Of a stretch of DNA of 64,000 nt, positions 1 to 15,992 are shown in pieces. How positions within the stretch are numbered: position 1 is the first letter of the stretch; each line of letters starts with the position of its first letter. Where the stretch lies: positions 278,194,001-278,258,000 of the forward strand of contig OZ024740.1 of the NCBI GenBank assembly GCA_964016885.1. Reading direction: 5' to 3'. Below the pieces are notes generated by a model that did no database searches, had not been told where the DNA came from, and worked only from the letters and a program-made list of their open reading frames with translations. The stretch is from Eledone cirrhosa (lineage: Eukaryota). The position numbers were made by a program, and so were the translations under genes.

Positions 1-970
1 AATGTATGTATATTTGTGTAAATGTATATGTGAATGTATATGTTTGTGTGAAAGTATGTGTATTTGTGTGAATTATGTCCGTGAGAGTGTATTTTTTATA
101 AGTTTCTGTTTGCGCGATTATAGTTATATACTCATAATAGTTATATACTCATACATATAGATGTATGTATGTGCACAATCATACGCGTCAGCGTGTAGAA
201 AGTCATAATCTCTCTATCTCTCTCATCACAAACCCTCTTTTTCTGTATATATGGTAGTTGAAGTAGTGGTGGTGGCGACGATGCATTGACCCTGGGCTCG
301 TTTGTCATTTCTGATAGGATTAACCTTATCTTTCCTTAGATTCAACTCAATTTACATTTATAAAAACAATTCTTCATTTTCTTCTTCCTTTTCAAAGACG
401 TCTATATTTTCATTTTTTAGATTTATAATCAACATTTTACACTCCAAAATACCAAACAATATTAAATTATAAATTATAGCTAACGATTTTCAATCTCCGA
501 TTGGTGAGCCTCACTGATTTGCTATTTGTGGATATTTCTCTCAATCGGATGCCACGATACTGAGATTCCATAATCACCATTGTTTGATTTCAGTTTATTT
601 CAAGTGATCTATAAGCCAGTTTGGTGAAACCAACGAACGTGTTTCTATCTGGCATAAATGAATACATAACGATGGCACTCAGAATTACTCACTCTACCAA
701 CTAAAACAAAAGTTTAGATGAAGTGCACGATAAGGATGAAAAATATATAATGTTTCTATATACAGCCTCCGGACAACACTATACTTTAAAATCTCAAGCA
801 CAATTGAATATGCTTTCACCTCTTCCAATTACACAAGCACACACACACTCTCTCTCTCTCTATCTCTCTCACACACACACACACATGCGCATGAAAACAC
901 ACACACACACACACGCACAGATATACACGCACACCAGTCCATTGAATATTACAACACTACGCGAGCACAG

Positions 971-1036
<66 letters not shown>

Positions 1037-1089
1037 ATGTATGTATATGTATATATATATATATATATAAACATATATATATATATATA

Positions 1090-1138
<49 letters not shown>

Positions 1139-1494
1139 CTATATGGTAATAAGCAATAGTCTCTGAATAATACACACATTGTTACAACCATATAATCAAT
1201 AGTATTGACAGCATCCCACCCCAACTAAACAACTCAGAATATAAATAGACCAAAGTAAGATTTGAATTCATAGTCGGAAGAATCACCATTGCCGAAGTTG
1301 CTGTCACCATTTTCTTCGGAAAATAAATCTTTATACTCTGATCATATATATTGATTAGCTCATTCAGTTAGTGCCTGGCCGCTCTATGTACGTGTCGACA
1401 TAAACATCGACATTAGTGTGTATGTTTGTATCCATGTATGTGTGTACATATATGAGTATTTATACATGCTTATGCGCGTATACACACACCCGCG

Positions 1495-1528
<34 letters not shown>

Positions 1529-1612
1529 TTTCGATGAAACAATTGTAAGTGAATAAATGCTTTGAACATAGCTTTGACTCTTGTGAATTCTCTTTCTCTC
1601 TCACTCTATATA

Positions 1613-1656
<44 letters not shown>

Positions 1657-1701
1657 AAGTTAAATAAGAAGTCAAATGTTTAAAATTTAGCTTCGTTTAT
1701 T

Positions 1702-1756
1702 ACTGCTATATATATTTCAGTGACAGCCATCTTTGGCTGTGACCTCTTCAGGCAGT
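1702..1756 (-). ncRNA. Minimal type I hammerhead ribozyme (inverted-arm copy)
   Basis: Reverse complement of the 3634-3688 motif. Confidence 0.75.
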
Positions 1757-3633
1757 TTGAATTAGTGTGGTATAGACAAGAACATATGTTGTTGAGTTGT
1801 ATAATTTTGTTAATACTCTGATATGCCCAGTTCCTGGTTGGCTTTTTATTTTACTGAGGAACTGGAATCATATGAATTCAAACAAACGAATTTCAGTGTC
1901 AAAGGGCCTCTTCTCCTCTCATTGGTCAGTTATTAGAACATTCCTCATTCTAAGAGTTGTTATTGTTGGAGTTAGCTTTAAAAATTGATAAAGTGGTAGA
2001 AGGGACAATGTGTTAAAGGAACAAAATAACAAAAAAAGTGTCAAACTTCCCATTGGTCAGTTCAGAAGTCTATAGAATTCTTTCTGTGGTGAGGCTCCCT
2101 GTAGTGTTAGTGTGCTATTGTTAAGTACATTTGACCTCTAACATTATTTTGGTAGTGTTGTTGGTGTTGTGGTCAGCTTATGTATTGCTGCTGCTGACAA
2201 TTTAGAAGTATCCAGTGTATGTGTTTTCTTCATCCCTCCTGCCACCATCTCTCATAGTGGTGGTGGTGGTGGTGGTGGGGTGGGGGTGGGGGGGTTATTC
2301 CATGTATATGAAGAAATATAAGGCAATAAATGAAGAAAACAGAAAATAAATAATATAATAAAATAATTAATATAATTTGTATAATTTGAAAATAAACACC
2401 TTAGAGCCGGGACCTTCCTCAAGATATATGGACAGTAGCAACACAAGAAGATGTGAACTCCCCTCAAGCTATAGGGACTTCTACAGAACATGTAAACACC
2501 TCTCGGCCAGACCTCCCTCAAGCTATATGGGCAGTAACAACACCCTAGGTTGTGAACTCCCCTCAAGCTATAGGGAACAACCCAGGATGAGCAAACACCA
2601 TGATAGCCTACAGATTGAATAGGACACAGCCATTATAATTTGGCCAACATCTATATAACACAAACACTTTTTAATTTACTTGATTTCTGATTTTCAAGTT
2701 CCAATTTTAAATCTTGATTTCTCTTTATTAATTTGTTATTTGGTTTCTGCCCTCTTTATTGTATCACCTTATATTTATTTTGAAGTTGAGATTGATTATA
2801 ACACAAACACATTTTGTTTGATTATCTTATTTTAACATCTTGTCCTCATACCAATCTATCCAACATATTTCTGACCTTGAGATTGGTTATAGCACACACA
2901 CACTTTATCCTACATTATTTTTCACTTCTCCATATTCATTTTCATTACTTTTTCACCAATTTTTCATTTATTCTTTATTCTTTATTCTTTATTCTCTATT
3001 TATTTATTTTCAAATTATACAAATTATATTAATTATTTTATTATATTTTTTATTTTCTGTTTTCTTCATTTATTGCCTTATATTTCTTCATATACCTGGA
3101 AGAACCCCCCACCCCACCCCACTACCACCACCACTATGAGAGATGGTGGCAGGAGGGATGAAGAAAACACACACACTGGATACTTCTAAATTGTCAGCAG
3201 CAGCAAGACATAAGCTGACCACAACACCAACAACACTACCAAAATAATGGTAGAGGTCAAATGTACTTAACAATAGCACACAAACACTACAGGGAGCCTC
3301 ACCCCAGAAAGAATTCTATAGACTTCTGACTGAGGAATGCTCTCAGAACTGACCAATGGGAAGTTTGACACTTTTTTGTTATTTTGTTCCTTTAACACAT
3401 TGTCCCTTCTACCACTTTATCAATTTTTTAAGCTAACTCCAACAATAACAACACTTAGAATGAGGAATGTTCTAATAACTGACCAATGAGAGAAGAAGAG
3501 GCCCTTTGACACTGAAATTCGTTTGTTTGAATTCATATGATTCCCGTTCCTCAGTGAAATAACAACCCAACCAGGAACTGGGCATATCAGAGTATTGACA
3601 ACATTTGTACTTGTCTATACCACACTAATTCAA

Positions 3634-3688
3634 ACTGCCTGAAGAGGTCACAGCCGAAGATGGCTGTCACTGAAATATATATAGCAGT
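3634..3688 (+). ncRNA. Minimal type I hammerhead ribozyme
   Basis: actgc-CTGAAGA-ggtcacagcc..ggctgtcact-GAAA-tatata-TA-gcagt. Stem I is ACUGC/GCAGU, stem III is palindromic, and AATAAA follows immediately. Confidence 0.8.
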
Positions 3689-3834
3689 AATAAACGAAGC
3701 TAAATTTTAAACATTTGACTTCTTATTTAACTTTATTTTACATTACACCGGAATAACCAAACCAACCTGCGCACTTCGTCGAGTGCTCCAGCCTTCATAC
3801 TAAGGTGTTGGTATACAACCAACATATACTCAAA

Positions 3835-3868
<34 letters not shown>

Positions 3869-3870
<2 letters not shown>

Positions 3871-4035
3871 CGAAGGAAGTATGGTAAGGAACCAGATGGA
3901 CCATAACGCACCAGAATACTCAATACTTAGCGTAATAGAGTGGGTAATAGGAAAATGTTTAACCCCGACGGCAGAGATCAAGCCGTTTCGACGGCTATTG
4001 CTGGACTCCAGAAATAGCCATCAAATATTTTCCTA
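3869..4035 (-). mobile_element. Short 3' fragment of the HHR element family at 19305-20742
   Basis: Matches 20600-20742 and contains the HHR 3' half (GAAAcggc..gccgTC). Flanked by (TA)n. Confidence 0.8.
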
Positions 4036-4074
4036 TATATATATTAAACATGTTCCTATATATATATATATATA

Positions 4075-4850
4075 TACAATAAAGTATGTCCATAGAATCA
4101 TTTGATAAAATATATACACCATCTCCTCTCCCAATCAGCATAATCAACCACATAAAAAACAATTAAACAAGGCTATAAGATTAAAAGGCACCTATGAAGA
4201 AATAAACTACAGTTATCTATTCGCGATCAACAACTATAGAATATTTACCCAGCTTTTCTAATAGCACGTGGAAATCAATTAAATATATCGTCAACCATAC
4301 ACAATTAGGTATAAAATCGAAGTTAGAAGAAAAAATGTATATAAGCATACCAAAATTATATTTCTACCCCATGAGGTTTCATTCGCAGTCTGGAAATATC
4401 CGATCAAGGATAAATTCACGAGTTTCGAAATCATCAGGAAACAAACTCACTTGGACGAAGATATTTCTTAAATGATCCCCGCCAGAAACGAATTCAAAAT
4501 GGCTAAGAACTGTGACGTGGCAGTGGTCAAGTCAAAAAGAATTTGATTGGTGCCTTGCGGCGAGTGGGCTTGTTGCTAGAAAGCGCAGCCAAATACTGCT
4601 TAAATTGGATCTCAACCATATGGGAGATTATCAAATATAAAGATTTACATATACACAAACTAGACAAAGTCATAGATATATATGTGTGTTATTTGCGACC
4701 ATTCACGATGTGGCTCAATGAGGAATTAATTAATTAAATAATCAACAATCAGAGCAATATACAATTAAGTATGTCCATAGGATCATTTGATAAAATATAT
4801 ACACCATCTCCTCTCCCAATCAGCATAATCAATCACATAAAAACCAATTA

Positions 4851-4853
<3 letters not shown>
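4075..4853 (-). mobile_element. Partial-tandem non-coding element (685-bp period) with hammerhead motif
   Basis: Direct repeats 4075-4168 and 4760-4853, (TA)n flanks, HHR at 4360-4442. Confidence 0.7.
4360..4442 (-). ncRNA. Type I hammerhead ribozyme with long loop II
   Basis: Minus strand: gtttc-CTGATGA-tttcg..(40 nt)..cgaat-GAAA-cctc at gggg-TA-gaaat. Confidence 0.7.
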
Positions 4854-6697
<1,844 letters not shown>

Positions 6698-7614
6698 ATA
6701 TATATATGTGTGTGCGTGTGCGTCTTTCTGTGTGTACGTACATACATATATCGCTATTTGTATCTATCTATATTATACTTGTATTTATATGAACACGTTT
6801 ATTTAAAAATCGGATGCTGTATCTGTGTTTCTTGTTTATTATTAACCATGTAGCCCCGCGCCGTCTTAAATCCCACTGGAACTTATACTTTCTAGATCAA
6901 ATTACTTACCTAATGGAATTTGATTATTTTTTTCAGTTTCTGTTCTATTTCTTTCCTTCATTTATAGATTTCTTTATCTTTATATATATTTTTAACTTTA
7001 CCTTTATTTATGCGTTTAGATTTCTATATCTTTAATTTTCATTTTTGTAGATTTGTTTTACATCCTGTATGTTTTGATATTTTTATATTTAATTTCTTAC
7101 TCCCATATATGAAACTGACCGACAGTGTATGTCTTTATGTAGGTTCATTTTATGTATTTCTCTTTCACTCTCGTTTCATTTTGTAAAGAAACTGCTATCA
7201 TTCATCCTGAATCATACATCACATGGCAAGCATTTACACACGCACACATACACACACATAGAATCACACGCGCACGCACGTACACACACATACACATACA
7301 CACATAAACACATACACACATACACACACACACACATACACTCACATACGTATTAAGTCAAATGATTATATATGTATACATATCACTGTTTATTCCACAC
7401 TTCATATGGTTTGAGATGAAACTCTGCGATGATAGTGAGATAATGTAAGTCAACCACAAACAATTAGAGAAAAAGCGGTAGATACACACACACTTCACTC
7501 ACTCATATATATATACACACACACACATACACACACACAGATATATATATATATATACATATATATATATGCATATGTATATGTATATATACATATATAT
7601 ATATACATATATAC

Positions 7615-7739
<125 letters not shown>

Positions 7740-7779
7740 TAGAAATTACATGAATCAAAGTTCTGTTCAAACCATTTAT

Positions 7780-7828
7780 TCGCTTACAATTGTTTCTTCC
7801 AAACCGAGGTTTGGAATCTTCGGAGCAA
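7780..7828 (-). ncRNA. Hammerhead motif, variant core CCGAAGA (inverted arm)
   Basis: Reverse complement of 8579-8627, with perfect stem II ttccaaac/gtttggaa. Confidence 0.65.
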
Positions 7829-8578
7829 TTTTTCAATGATTGTTTACATACATGACCTCCTTTCCAACACAAGAGACATACAGAAACATATGTATATATT
7901 GATGCACAGTGGGTTGACATCCATCATAATATTTTAGCATGGCAATTTACATTCAAAATATTAAAAATGAGAAGCAAAACAATGTTATGGTTTTCGTATA
8001 CACCACCATTTTCACAATCCAGGAAACGTAATATATAGATTATATGTCCTTCACATAATCAACGATGATTCAATATTGGATGCTTGATGAATTAGATTAG
8101 AATATTACAGCTTGTTGTTCTTTAATCTAATATTATAGAGCAGGTTGTTTTTGTTGCGAGAATTAACATCGTATTATTTTTTTTCTCTGCACACAAGCTT
8201 CTATATCATACATAAAAAATACTTTACCAATACAACCCCCATAATACTCTTGATTGCCCGCTTAAAGTGCTGGTATTCCATATAACATCTTGCCGCACTA
8301 TAATCTTATATAAATAAGACACACGTGCATGCCCAACGTGTAACTATTGCATACACTAACTACTTCTAACTATCCTCTTGCATTATCTTCGTAAACTGCC
8401 AATGTTGTATTTTAACTTTAACTTTGTTTTAATTTTCTTTTAATATGACTTTGAATGTAAATTGCCATGCTAAAATATTATGATGGATGTCAAACCACTG
8501 TGCATCGATATATACATATGTTTCTGTATGTCTCTTGTGTTGGAAAGGAGGTCATGTATGTAAACAATCATTGAAAAA

Positions 8579-8627
8579 TTGCTCCGAAGACTCCAAACAT
8601 CGGTTTGGAAGAAACAATTGTAAGCGA
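8579..8627 (+). ncRNA. Hammerhead motif, variant core CCGAAGA
   Basis: ttgct-CCGAAGA-ctccaaac atcg gtttggaa-GAAA-caattg-TA-agcga, then AATAAA. Confidence 0.65.
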
Positions 8628-8841
8628 ATAAATGGTTTGAACAGAACTTTGATTCATGTAATTTCTATATAACTGCTCTGTAGAAGAACTGATGTTATTA
8701 CATTGAGCTATTTATCTTACTGGTAATAAGGTAGTAATAAATTACTGTTTTTCACTGTTTAGGGTTTAAAATATATATAACTATAAAAGGTTTTAGTATA
8801 TACATAACCATAAATAGTATCCTTAATACTATATACATATA

Positions 8842-8895
<54 letters not shown>

Positions 8896-8900
<5 letters not shown>

Positions 8901-9366
8901 TTCGTTTCTGAATTTGTTTAGCAAGATTCTTTATCTGAAATCGTGTGTTGAAACCGATATTGTTATACTTTGGGAGGGTCATGTTGCCAATAAGAAACAC
9001 ACGCACCAGTTGCTTTCACTTCAATTTATTATATATTTATAAATTTATAAGTTTATAAATTTATAAATTTCTGGTTCGTTGGTTGGTTCCACAACCAGAT
9101 AGTTGTTTATATATAGTCATAGTTCTTTCGTCACACAAAGGAGAGGCACAGAAACAAAGAAATGAATCGCCAGTCACTGAAGAGATCACAGAGTGTGTGA
9201 CGAAAGAACTATGACTATATATAAACAACTATCTGGTTGTGGAACCAACCAACCAACCAGAAATTTATAAATTTATAAACTTATGAATTTATAAATATAT
9301 AATAAATTGAAGTAAAAGCAACTGGTGCGTGTGTTTCTTATTGGCAACATGACCCTCCCAAAGTAT

Positions 9367-9372
<6 letters not shown>
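8896..9372. mobile_element. Fold-back HHR element (family also at 35450-35825)
   Basis: 8957-9136 is inverted relative to 9194-9372, with (TA)n flanks. Confidence 0.8.
9172..9216 (+). ncRNA. Minimal type I hammerhead ribozyme
   Basis: agtca-CTGAAGA-gatcaca gagtg tgtgac-GAAA-gaac-TA-tgact. Confidence 0.7.
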
Positions 9373-9397
<25 letters not shown>

Positions 9398-9716
9398 GTG
9401 CTTCCACCCATCAGAATTGCTTGCGTTCTCTGCTAAAATGTTCATGGCGTTCTAATTTACCAGATACGAGAACACTGCAGCTGGCCTTGATGAGTATTCA
9501 GTCCAAGATAAAATAAAAAACATTACTCTACCGATATGACATATACGTTAATCTCTCTTGCAGCGTATATAACAAAGTGTGTAGTCCAGCTAGTGGACTG
9601 ACTTGGCATTACAAATCTCAGCAATTCGAAAGGCAAGCAGCTTAAGAGAAGCTGACCTGCAAACAGTGGTATGTCATGTTATCTTGCAGCTCTAATGGGC
9701 CACATAGAGATGACAT

Positions 9717-9890
9717 CAGTATCGGTAGAGGGTCAGACGCCATTTTTTCCAGCATAGTTACGTCCCTTTACGATCTGAGTTCAAATCCCGCCGAGGTTGA
9801 CTTTGCCTTTCATCCTTACGGGGTCGATAAAATAAAGTACCAGTAATGCACTGGGTAATTGCTGGCCTTGTGCCTAACGTAGAAACAATT
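9717..9890 (+). mobile_element. tRNA-derived SINE family A (Meta-domain-like)
   Basis: B-box GAGTTCAAATCCC and core ctttgcctttcatccttacggggtcgataaaataaagtaccag. Seven copies in the window. Confidence 0.85.
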
Positions 9891-9935
9891 AATATTTATT
9901 ATATTGATTCTTCCTCTGTATATTGTTACCCCCAC

Positions 9936-10007
<72 letters not shown>

Positions 10008-10165
10008 AGAAGAAATCGGCAGTGTTCAGACCTGTTCAGAGAATGGCTTCTCAGAGTTCAAATGCCAGAGGCGTGCTCATACGACTCCGTAGGAAGATTC
10101 ATAACAACAATTTGAAATTATTGTTCATGTGCTTAATATATATATTGTTTCAAATATGTATGTGA

Positions 10166-10366
10166 AAACACGTGGTTGAGTGGTTAGAGAATTGGTTTCA
10201 CAATCGATTCCCGGGCCAGGTAATTCGTTATGTCCTTGAGCAAGACACTTTATTTCATGTTGCTTCTTCTACCTGGAGTTGCGACCGATAGATAGTATTA
10301 ACAATTGGAAGGACCAATGAAAACAGTGTTCCCTCGTCCGATTTAACGAAAGTCGATTGACTGTCG

Positions 10367-10368
<2 letters not shown>
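10166..10368 (+). mobile_element. tRNA-derived SINE family B (CORE-like)
   Basis: A-box-like tggttgagtgg and CORE-like gtccttgagcaagacacttta. The tail is shared with 60320-60472. Confidence 0.7.
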
Positions 10369-10412
<44 letters not shown>

Positions 10413-10526
10413 AATTAGTATATCTACCAACATATTTATACAGAAGTATACTTATGCTAGCAAGATATAGGTTGAAACTTAAGTAAGTAAGTTAATTATT
10501 ATAAATTTCTTATTTTACGTATTTCA

Positions 10527-10567
<41 letters not shown>

Positions 10568-12698
10568 CAAACAATATTCATATCAAACGAGCAATAATTT
10601 CAAGTTGTGTGCGTGTGGAGGTGCGCCACGAATTTTGTATCCAGAGAGCACTCATCCATAGTTCTATCAAAAGTGGCGATTTTAGATGGAGGGAACATTT
10701 TTTATTATCTTCTTTCGTAGCGATATGGTGGGGTATCATTTGGGATTGTTTATCATATTTCTAATGGAACCAAACAACGTTGCGTAATTGCTCGTGTAAT
10801 ATTTTTTCTGGAGAGGAGATGGGCGTCAGTAATACCGCGGGAAATCCGTCGATCTTACAATGGTTAATTTGACCTTGTCACTTCAGTTTATTGTCACTGT
10901 CATTTTAACTTCTCATACTGATACTCTCTTTTTTTCATACTATTACAACTTACTTTCAATCTCCTGTTTTTCTCCAACTCTTTAGTTATTTGATTTCCTT
11001 ACTCCCACGCCTTCGATAAATTTCCTATTCTTATAGTTAATAGTAAATATCGATCCATGCGCTTTGTTTATATATTAATATCTTCTGTAACTCGCATTAG
11101 ACACTCAGTGCTTACATTTTCAAATATTTTAGTCGTCTCGTTTGTGTCTTGTTGTTGCTTTTCTATTTAAAGTTACACTTCGTCAATTTCTCTGGAACTT
11201 ATGGGTGTGTCTTCATTCAGGTTTATCTATCAATATTACAGTGGAAAGGATGTTTCTCATTTACAATGTTCTGTGTTGGCAAACAGAAATGAGCTGTGAA
11301 AGTAACAGAAACATATGAGCAACAGTCCTGCTTTGATCATAGTCAATTATATATAAAACGCTCAGGAGTAAAGAGTTCCACCTCAATTTCTATGCCTTTA
11401 CTGGTAAAACCAAAAGGATTTTGCATACTGGGCTGCTATCAGGATAGTGATCATTGCTCAACGTTCCGAAGGCTATGATGAATTCAGATATAAAGCTTTT
11501 CTGCTTGTGATTTCATTATTGTTTGGAGTATTGCACCTAGCCATTTCCAGTATCTTTGTGTGTTTGGTTACCTCTTGGCATGACAATTTCTACATCTCAT
11601 ACGAATTATCTTATTTCTATTATTACTTATCTCTCCAGCGCTCAGCTTTCAACATCGTTTTCAATTATTTTAAGTATTAAAGTTTTTCAATGAAAAACGA
11701 TAAAATTTCATGTTCAAAATAGTTTTAAACTGTTTTCACATTAATTGTATTCTGTACCCATATTTGGTATGCAAGAATTAGGTATATTACCTATTGACAA
11801 CTGAATTATTCTATTCATATTGAGATCGTACGTGTAGCATAGTGCATTAAGCATCGGAATACTATAAACGTTTTGGAAAAAGATTGATTTCTAACATGAA
11901 AGCAAACTTTTCGAGAGAAATCCATTAGTGACTAGTTAAAACGAATAATTCTTCCACTAAATTTAGAGTTACGTTTTGACCAGGGTAACGTCAGATATTT
12001 TGCTATTTCTTTTCTCTCTTTTTACTCTCTCTTCTTTTAGTATCTTTCTTTTACTTATGCACGTGCATGCATACATATTTATGTGTATTTAGCAATAGTA
12101 CTAACGCAGCATGATACAGAATATTGGAGTTTATTAAAGCATGTACAATATGTTTATGTATAATTGTTATGTATAATAAACATGAATATGTCCCGCTGTT
12201 GTTGTTATTAAGCTGTGATCATGTCAGAGTTTCTCACAGCATTTTTTAGTTTAACCATTGAACTGATCGTTTTACCTTGCATCGTCTCCTGATAGTTCAT
12301 AACAAACCTTTCTCCTTTCTCTACGGTTACATATCAACAGATTTTTATTGCCGTGTTTTCTTTGCATTTTCTTTCAGGAACATTCTTATTTTAATGGCTT
12401 GTCTCGTATTTTGTTATATCGTTGCATTTTACTAATAAATAGCTTTCCTTATTATGAGCTGTTTGTGCGTTATTTGTGCTATATCTCAACAATCTAAACA
12501 ATGAAGACGTCCAAATAACAGCTAAAGAGTGGGAAATCTTCATTTGTCAGTCTGCTCCAAGCTTTCAGTGTCATTCAGCTTATACCATGTCTTATTATTT
12601 ATTTATATTTATTATCGTAACCGGCACTGTCTATTGTGACATACATGCATACACACGCACAGACAGGCACACCAGATTTATATAAATCAATACACACA

Positions 12699-12730
<32 letters not shown>

Positions 12731-13482
12731 GTAGCAGGTGAGTAATATTGTAGAACAATAAAACTATGCATATATCAGATAAGTAGCACTCAACAGTTGG
12801 TAAAACTGGAGTATATATTAAAGAAGAAATTAAAAGATGGTTAAAGAAGTTCCATATATTTTATTATGCATCATCCTGGGGCAAAAATTGTGTTCTCATC
12901 AGATAAAATAAGGTAACATGATATGAGGCCTAAAAACACTTGTCAAAAGGAAGGTGCAAATCCTACATATGACAGAAAATATATAATAGTAAGAAAAAGA
13001 TAGGAAAATAGAAAAAAAGAAAAGAAGGAGAAAAGGAAAAAGAAAGTGAGGATAAGAAAAAAGAAAAAAGAAAGAAGGAAGAGATAGAAAGAGAAAGAGA
13101 GAGAGAGAGACTTTTGTTCAGGAACGCTGTCAAAATGAAAACAGCTGTAGATAACGGTTAAAAAGTAAATTGATGAGGTGTATGTGCGAATATTATAGAT
13201 GGTATTCAAATATTAGAGGTCTAAAATATTAGAGGTCTAAAAACATATGACGTCATAGTTTGTTTACACAATCTACGAAGGTTTGAGCGAAAATTTAAGG
13301 CTATCGAAAAAAGGTCAAAGGCTTAAAATATGCTCACAAAACTAAATTAATACATTGTAGAATATAATGAAATATGTGTAAAAAAAATATATTAAAAATA
13401 TATATATATGTAAAAAGAATATATAAGTAAAAAGATATGTGTAAAAAAATGTAACCGTTATCGTGGAAAAAGTTATAGGTCA

Positions 13483-14187
13483 TTAGCTATATACTTTGTG
13501 AAAGGTCTTGAAGGATTTATGATTACAAAGACCAAATAAATCTGTTCTTCTATTTATTATAGAGTTGAAATTCGAGATAACGGTAAATTTTTCTACAAGA
13601 CATAAATTACAAACACTAGATATGGAAGCATTGGAGTATGGAGAAGCGTTGTAGATTTTACACCAAGAAATTTCGTAATTAATGTTTTTGTCTTTTAAGC
13701 ACCAAATAAGCTCTGAGAGTGCGGTGCTGGTCCTTTTAAGTGGATATTTAAATGAAGAAGGATGATTATAGAATCTTGCTTTAAAAGAGGTAGAAGTAGA
13801 GCCAATGTAGGTATAGGTATTGGTACTAGTTACCACTTTAAATTCATATACTAGGTTTTTATCGAGACAGAAATTATAAAGAGGACAATTAGTTCTAATA
13901 GGGCAGTTGCATTTACGATTAAGATTATTTACAGTGTTATTGGCAAGTGGCCCAGGGTTAATTATATTAGGAACTGGAGTGGTGGAATTAACTAAAGGAG
14001 GTGCTAAAGTTTCTAAATTTACATTACTATTTGATGTATTCCTCCAAGTTACGTTTGATGTATTTATACTTGTATTATTTTGCCTAGAGTTTACATTGAC
14101 GTCGGGCTTTATAGTGTTATTATTATGACTCTCATGGTTGGATGCATATGTGTTATTCTTTAATATTGTAGAATTATGTATTGAGAT
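13483..14187 (-). pseudogene. PLE GIY-YIG endonuclease C-terminus (Naiad-like)
   Basis: CNCPIRTNCPLYNFC..NLVYEF..YIGSTSTSFKARF..CNLCLVEK. Confidence 0.85.
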
Positions 14188-14252
14188 AATTTTAGAACCT
14201 CCTTTAGTTAATTCCACCATTCCAGTTCCTAATATAATTAACCCTGGCTCAC

Positions 14253-14714
14253 TTGCCAATGACACTAAATAATCTTAATCGTAAATGCAACTGCCCTATT
14301 AGAACTAATTGTCCTCTTTATAATTTCTGTCTCGATAAAAACCTAGTATATGAATGTAAAGTGGTAACTAGTACCAATACCTATACCTACATTGCCTCTA
14401 CTTTTACCTCTTTTAAAGCAAGATTCTATAATCATTCTTCTTCATTTAAATATCCACTTAAAAGGACCAGCACCGCACTCTCAGAGCTTATTTTGTACTT
14501 AAAAGACAAAAACATTAATTATGAAATTTCTTGGTGTAAAATCTACAACGCTTCTCCATACCCCAATGCTTCCATATCTAGTGTTTGTAATTTATGTCTT
14601 GTGGAAAAATTTACCATTATCTCGAATTTCAACTCTATAATAAATAGAAGAACAGATTTATTTGGTCTTTGTAATCATAAATCCTTCAAGACCTTTCACA
14701 AAGTATATAGCTAA
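14253..14714 (+). pseudogene. PLE GIY-YIG endonuclease C-terminus (inverted duplicate)
   Basis: Same peptide as 13483-13925. Confidence 0.85.
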
Positions 14715-14973
14715 TGTACTATAAGTTTTTCCACGAATAACGGTTACATTTTTTTACACAAATTTTTTTACTTATATATTCTTTTTACATATATATATAT
14801 TTTTTATATTTTTTTTTACACATATTTCATCATATTTTACAATGTATTAATTTAGTTTTGTGAGCATATTTTAAGCCTTTGACCTTTTTTCGATAGCCTT
14901 AAATTTTCGCTCAAACCTTCGTAGATTTTGTAAACAAACTATGACGTCATATGTTTTTTCTACGTTTATAAAT

Positions 14974-15154
14974 AATTGTTTCTACTTTAGGCACAAAGCC
15001 AGCAATTACCCAGTGCATTACTGGTACTTCATTTTATCGACCCCGTAAGGATGAAAGGCAAAGTCAACCACGGCAGGATTTGAACTCAGATCGTAAAGGG
15101 ACGTAACTATGCTGGAAAGCATGGCGTCCGACCCTCTACCGATACTGCTAATCC
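14974..15154 (-). mobile_element. SINE family A copy
   Basis: Reverse complement of the 9717-9890 family. Present only in the plus arm of the PLE inversion. Confidence 0.85.
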
Positions 15155-15541
15155 ATAATTCTAGCAATTTCATTTGCTTACTTGTTGATATTAAATAATA
15201 ATTAAATAGTATACCCCACCTATATGGATTTTTTATAGAAATGTTTAATTTTGACATTGATAGATTATTTTTATTATTTTATTTTATTTTTATTTATTTT
15301 ATATAAAAAATCTTCTTTTGTACTTATTTTAATTCAATTTAATTATATTTTATTAATACATTTTTACACCTCTTAATCCAAGTTTTAGTATTTAAACCCA
15401 ATATAAAATAATATACCCAGTTTCTATATTTTAGACCTCTAATATTTGAATACCATCTATAATATTCGCACGTACACCTCATCAATTTACTTTTTAACCG
15501 TTATCTACAGCTGTTTTCATTTTGACAGCGTTCCTGATCAA

Positions 15542-15594
<53 letters not shown>

Positions 15595-15624
15595 TTCTCT
15601 CTCTTTCTCTTTGTCTCTCTGCCT

Positions 15625-15992
15625 TCTTACTTTTTTCTTTTTTCTTTTTTCTTTTTTCTTTTTTCTTTTTTCTTTTTTCTTTTTTCTTTTTTCTTTTTTC
15701 TTTTTTCTTTTTTCTTTTTATCTTTTTTCTTTTTTCTTTTTTCTTTTTTCTTTTTTCTTTTTTCTTTTTTCTTTTTTCTTTTTTCTTTTTTCTTTTTCTT
15801 TTTTTCTTTTTTCTTTTTTCTTTTTTCTTTTTTCTTTTTTCTTTTTTCTTTTTCTTTTTTCTTTTTCTTTTTTCTTTTTTTCTTTTTTCTTTTTTCTTTT
15901 TTCTTTTTTTTTTCTTTTTTCTTTTTTCTTTTTTCTTTTTTCTTTTTCTTTTTTCTTTTTTTCTTTTTTCTTTTTCTTTTTTCTTTTTTTTC
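15625..15992. repeat. Expanded (TTTTTC)n-type pyrimidine tract
   Basis: Expanded relative to the matching ~100-bp purine tract at 13005-13110 in the other arm. Confidence 0.9.

Larger units (their letters stand above)
1651..3840 (+). mobile_element. Non-coding fold-back element with hammerhead motif (non-autonomous Penelope-like), inserted in (TA)n
   Basis: 1651-2396 is an inverted copy of ~3000-3739. A 100-bp tail (3740-3840) follows, with (TA)n on both sides. Each arm carries an HHR, and there are internal ~100-bp subrepeats at 2410-2580. Confidence 0.8.

Noticed and set aside
2410-2580. Spaced cctcaagctata repeats resembling a CRISPR array
   Set aside because: The spacers are themselves duplicated (~100-bp tandem), the context is eukaryotic TE sequence and there are no cas genes.
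9717-9800. tRNA gene
   Set aside because: The A/B boxes belong to a multi-copy SINE head and there is no full cloverleaf.
10600-12700. Unique AT-rich stretch that might hold host exons
   Set aside because: No recognisable protein similarity or convincing exon. Small exons cannot be excluded without RNA data.
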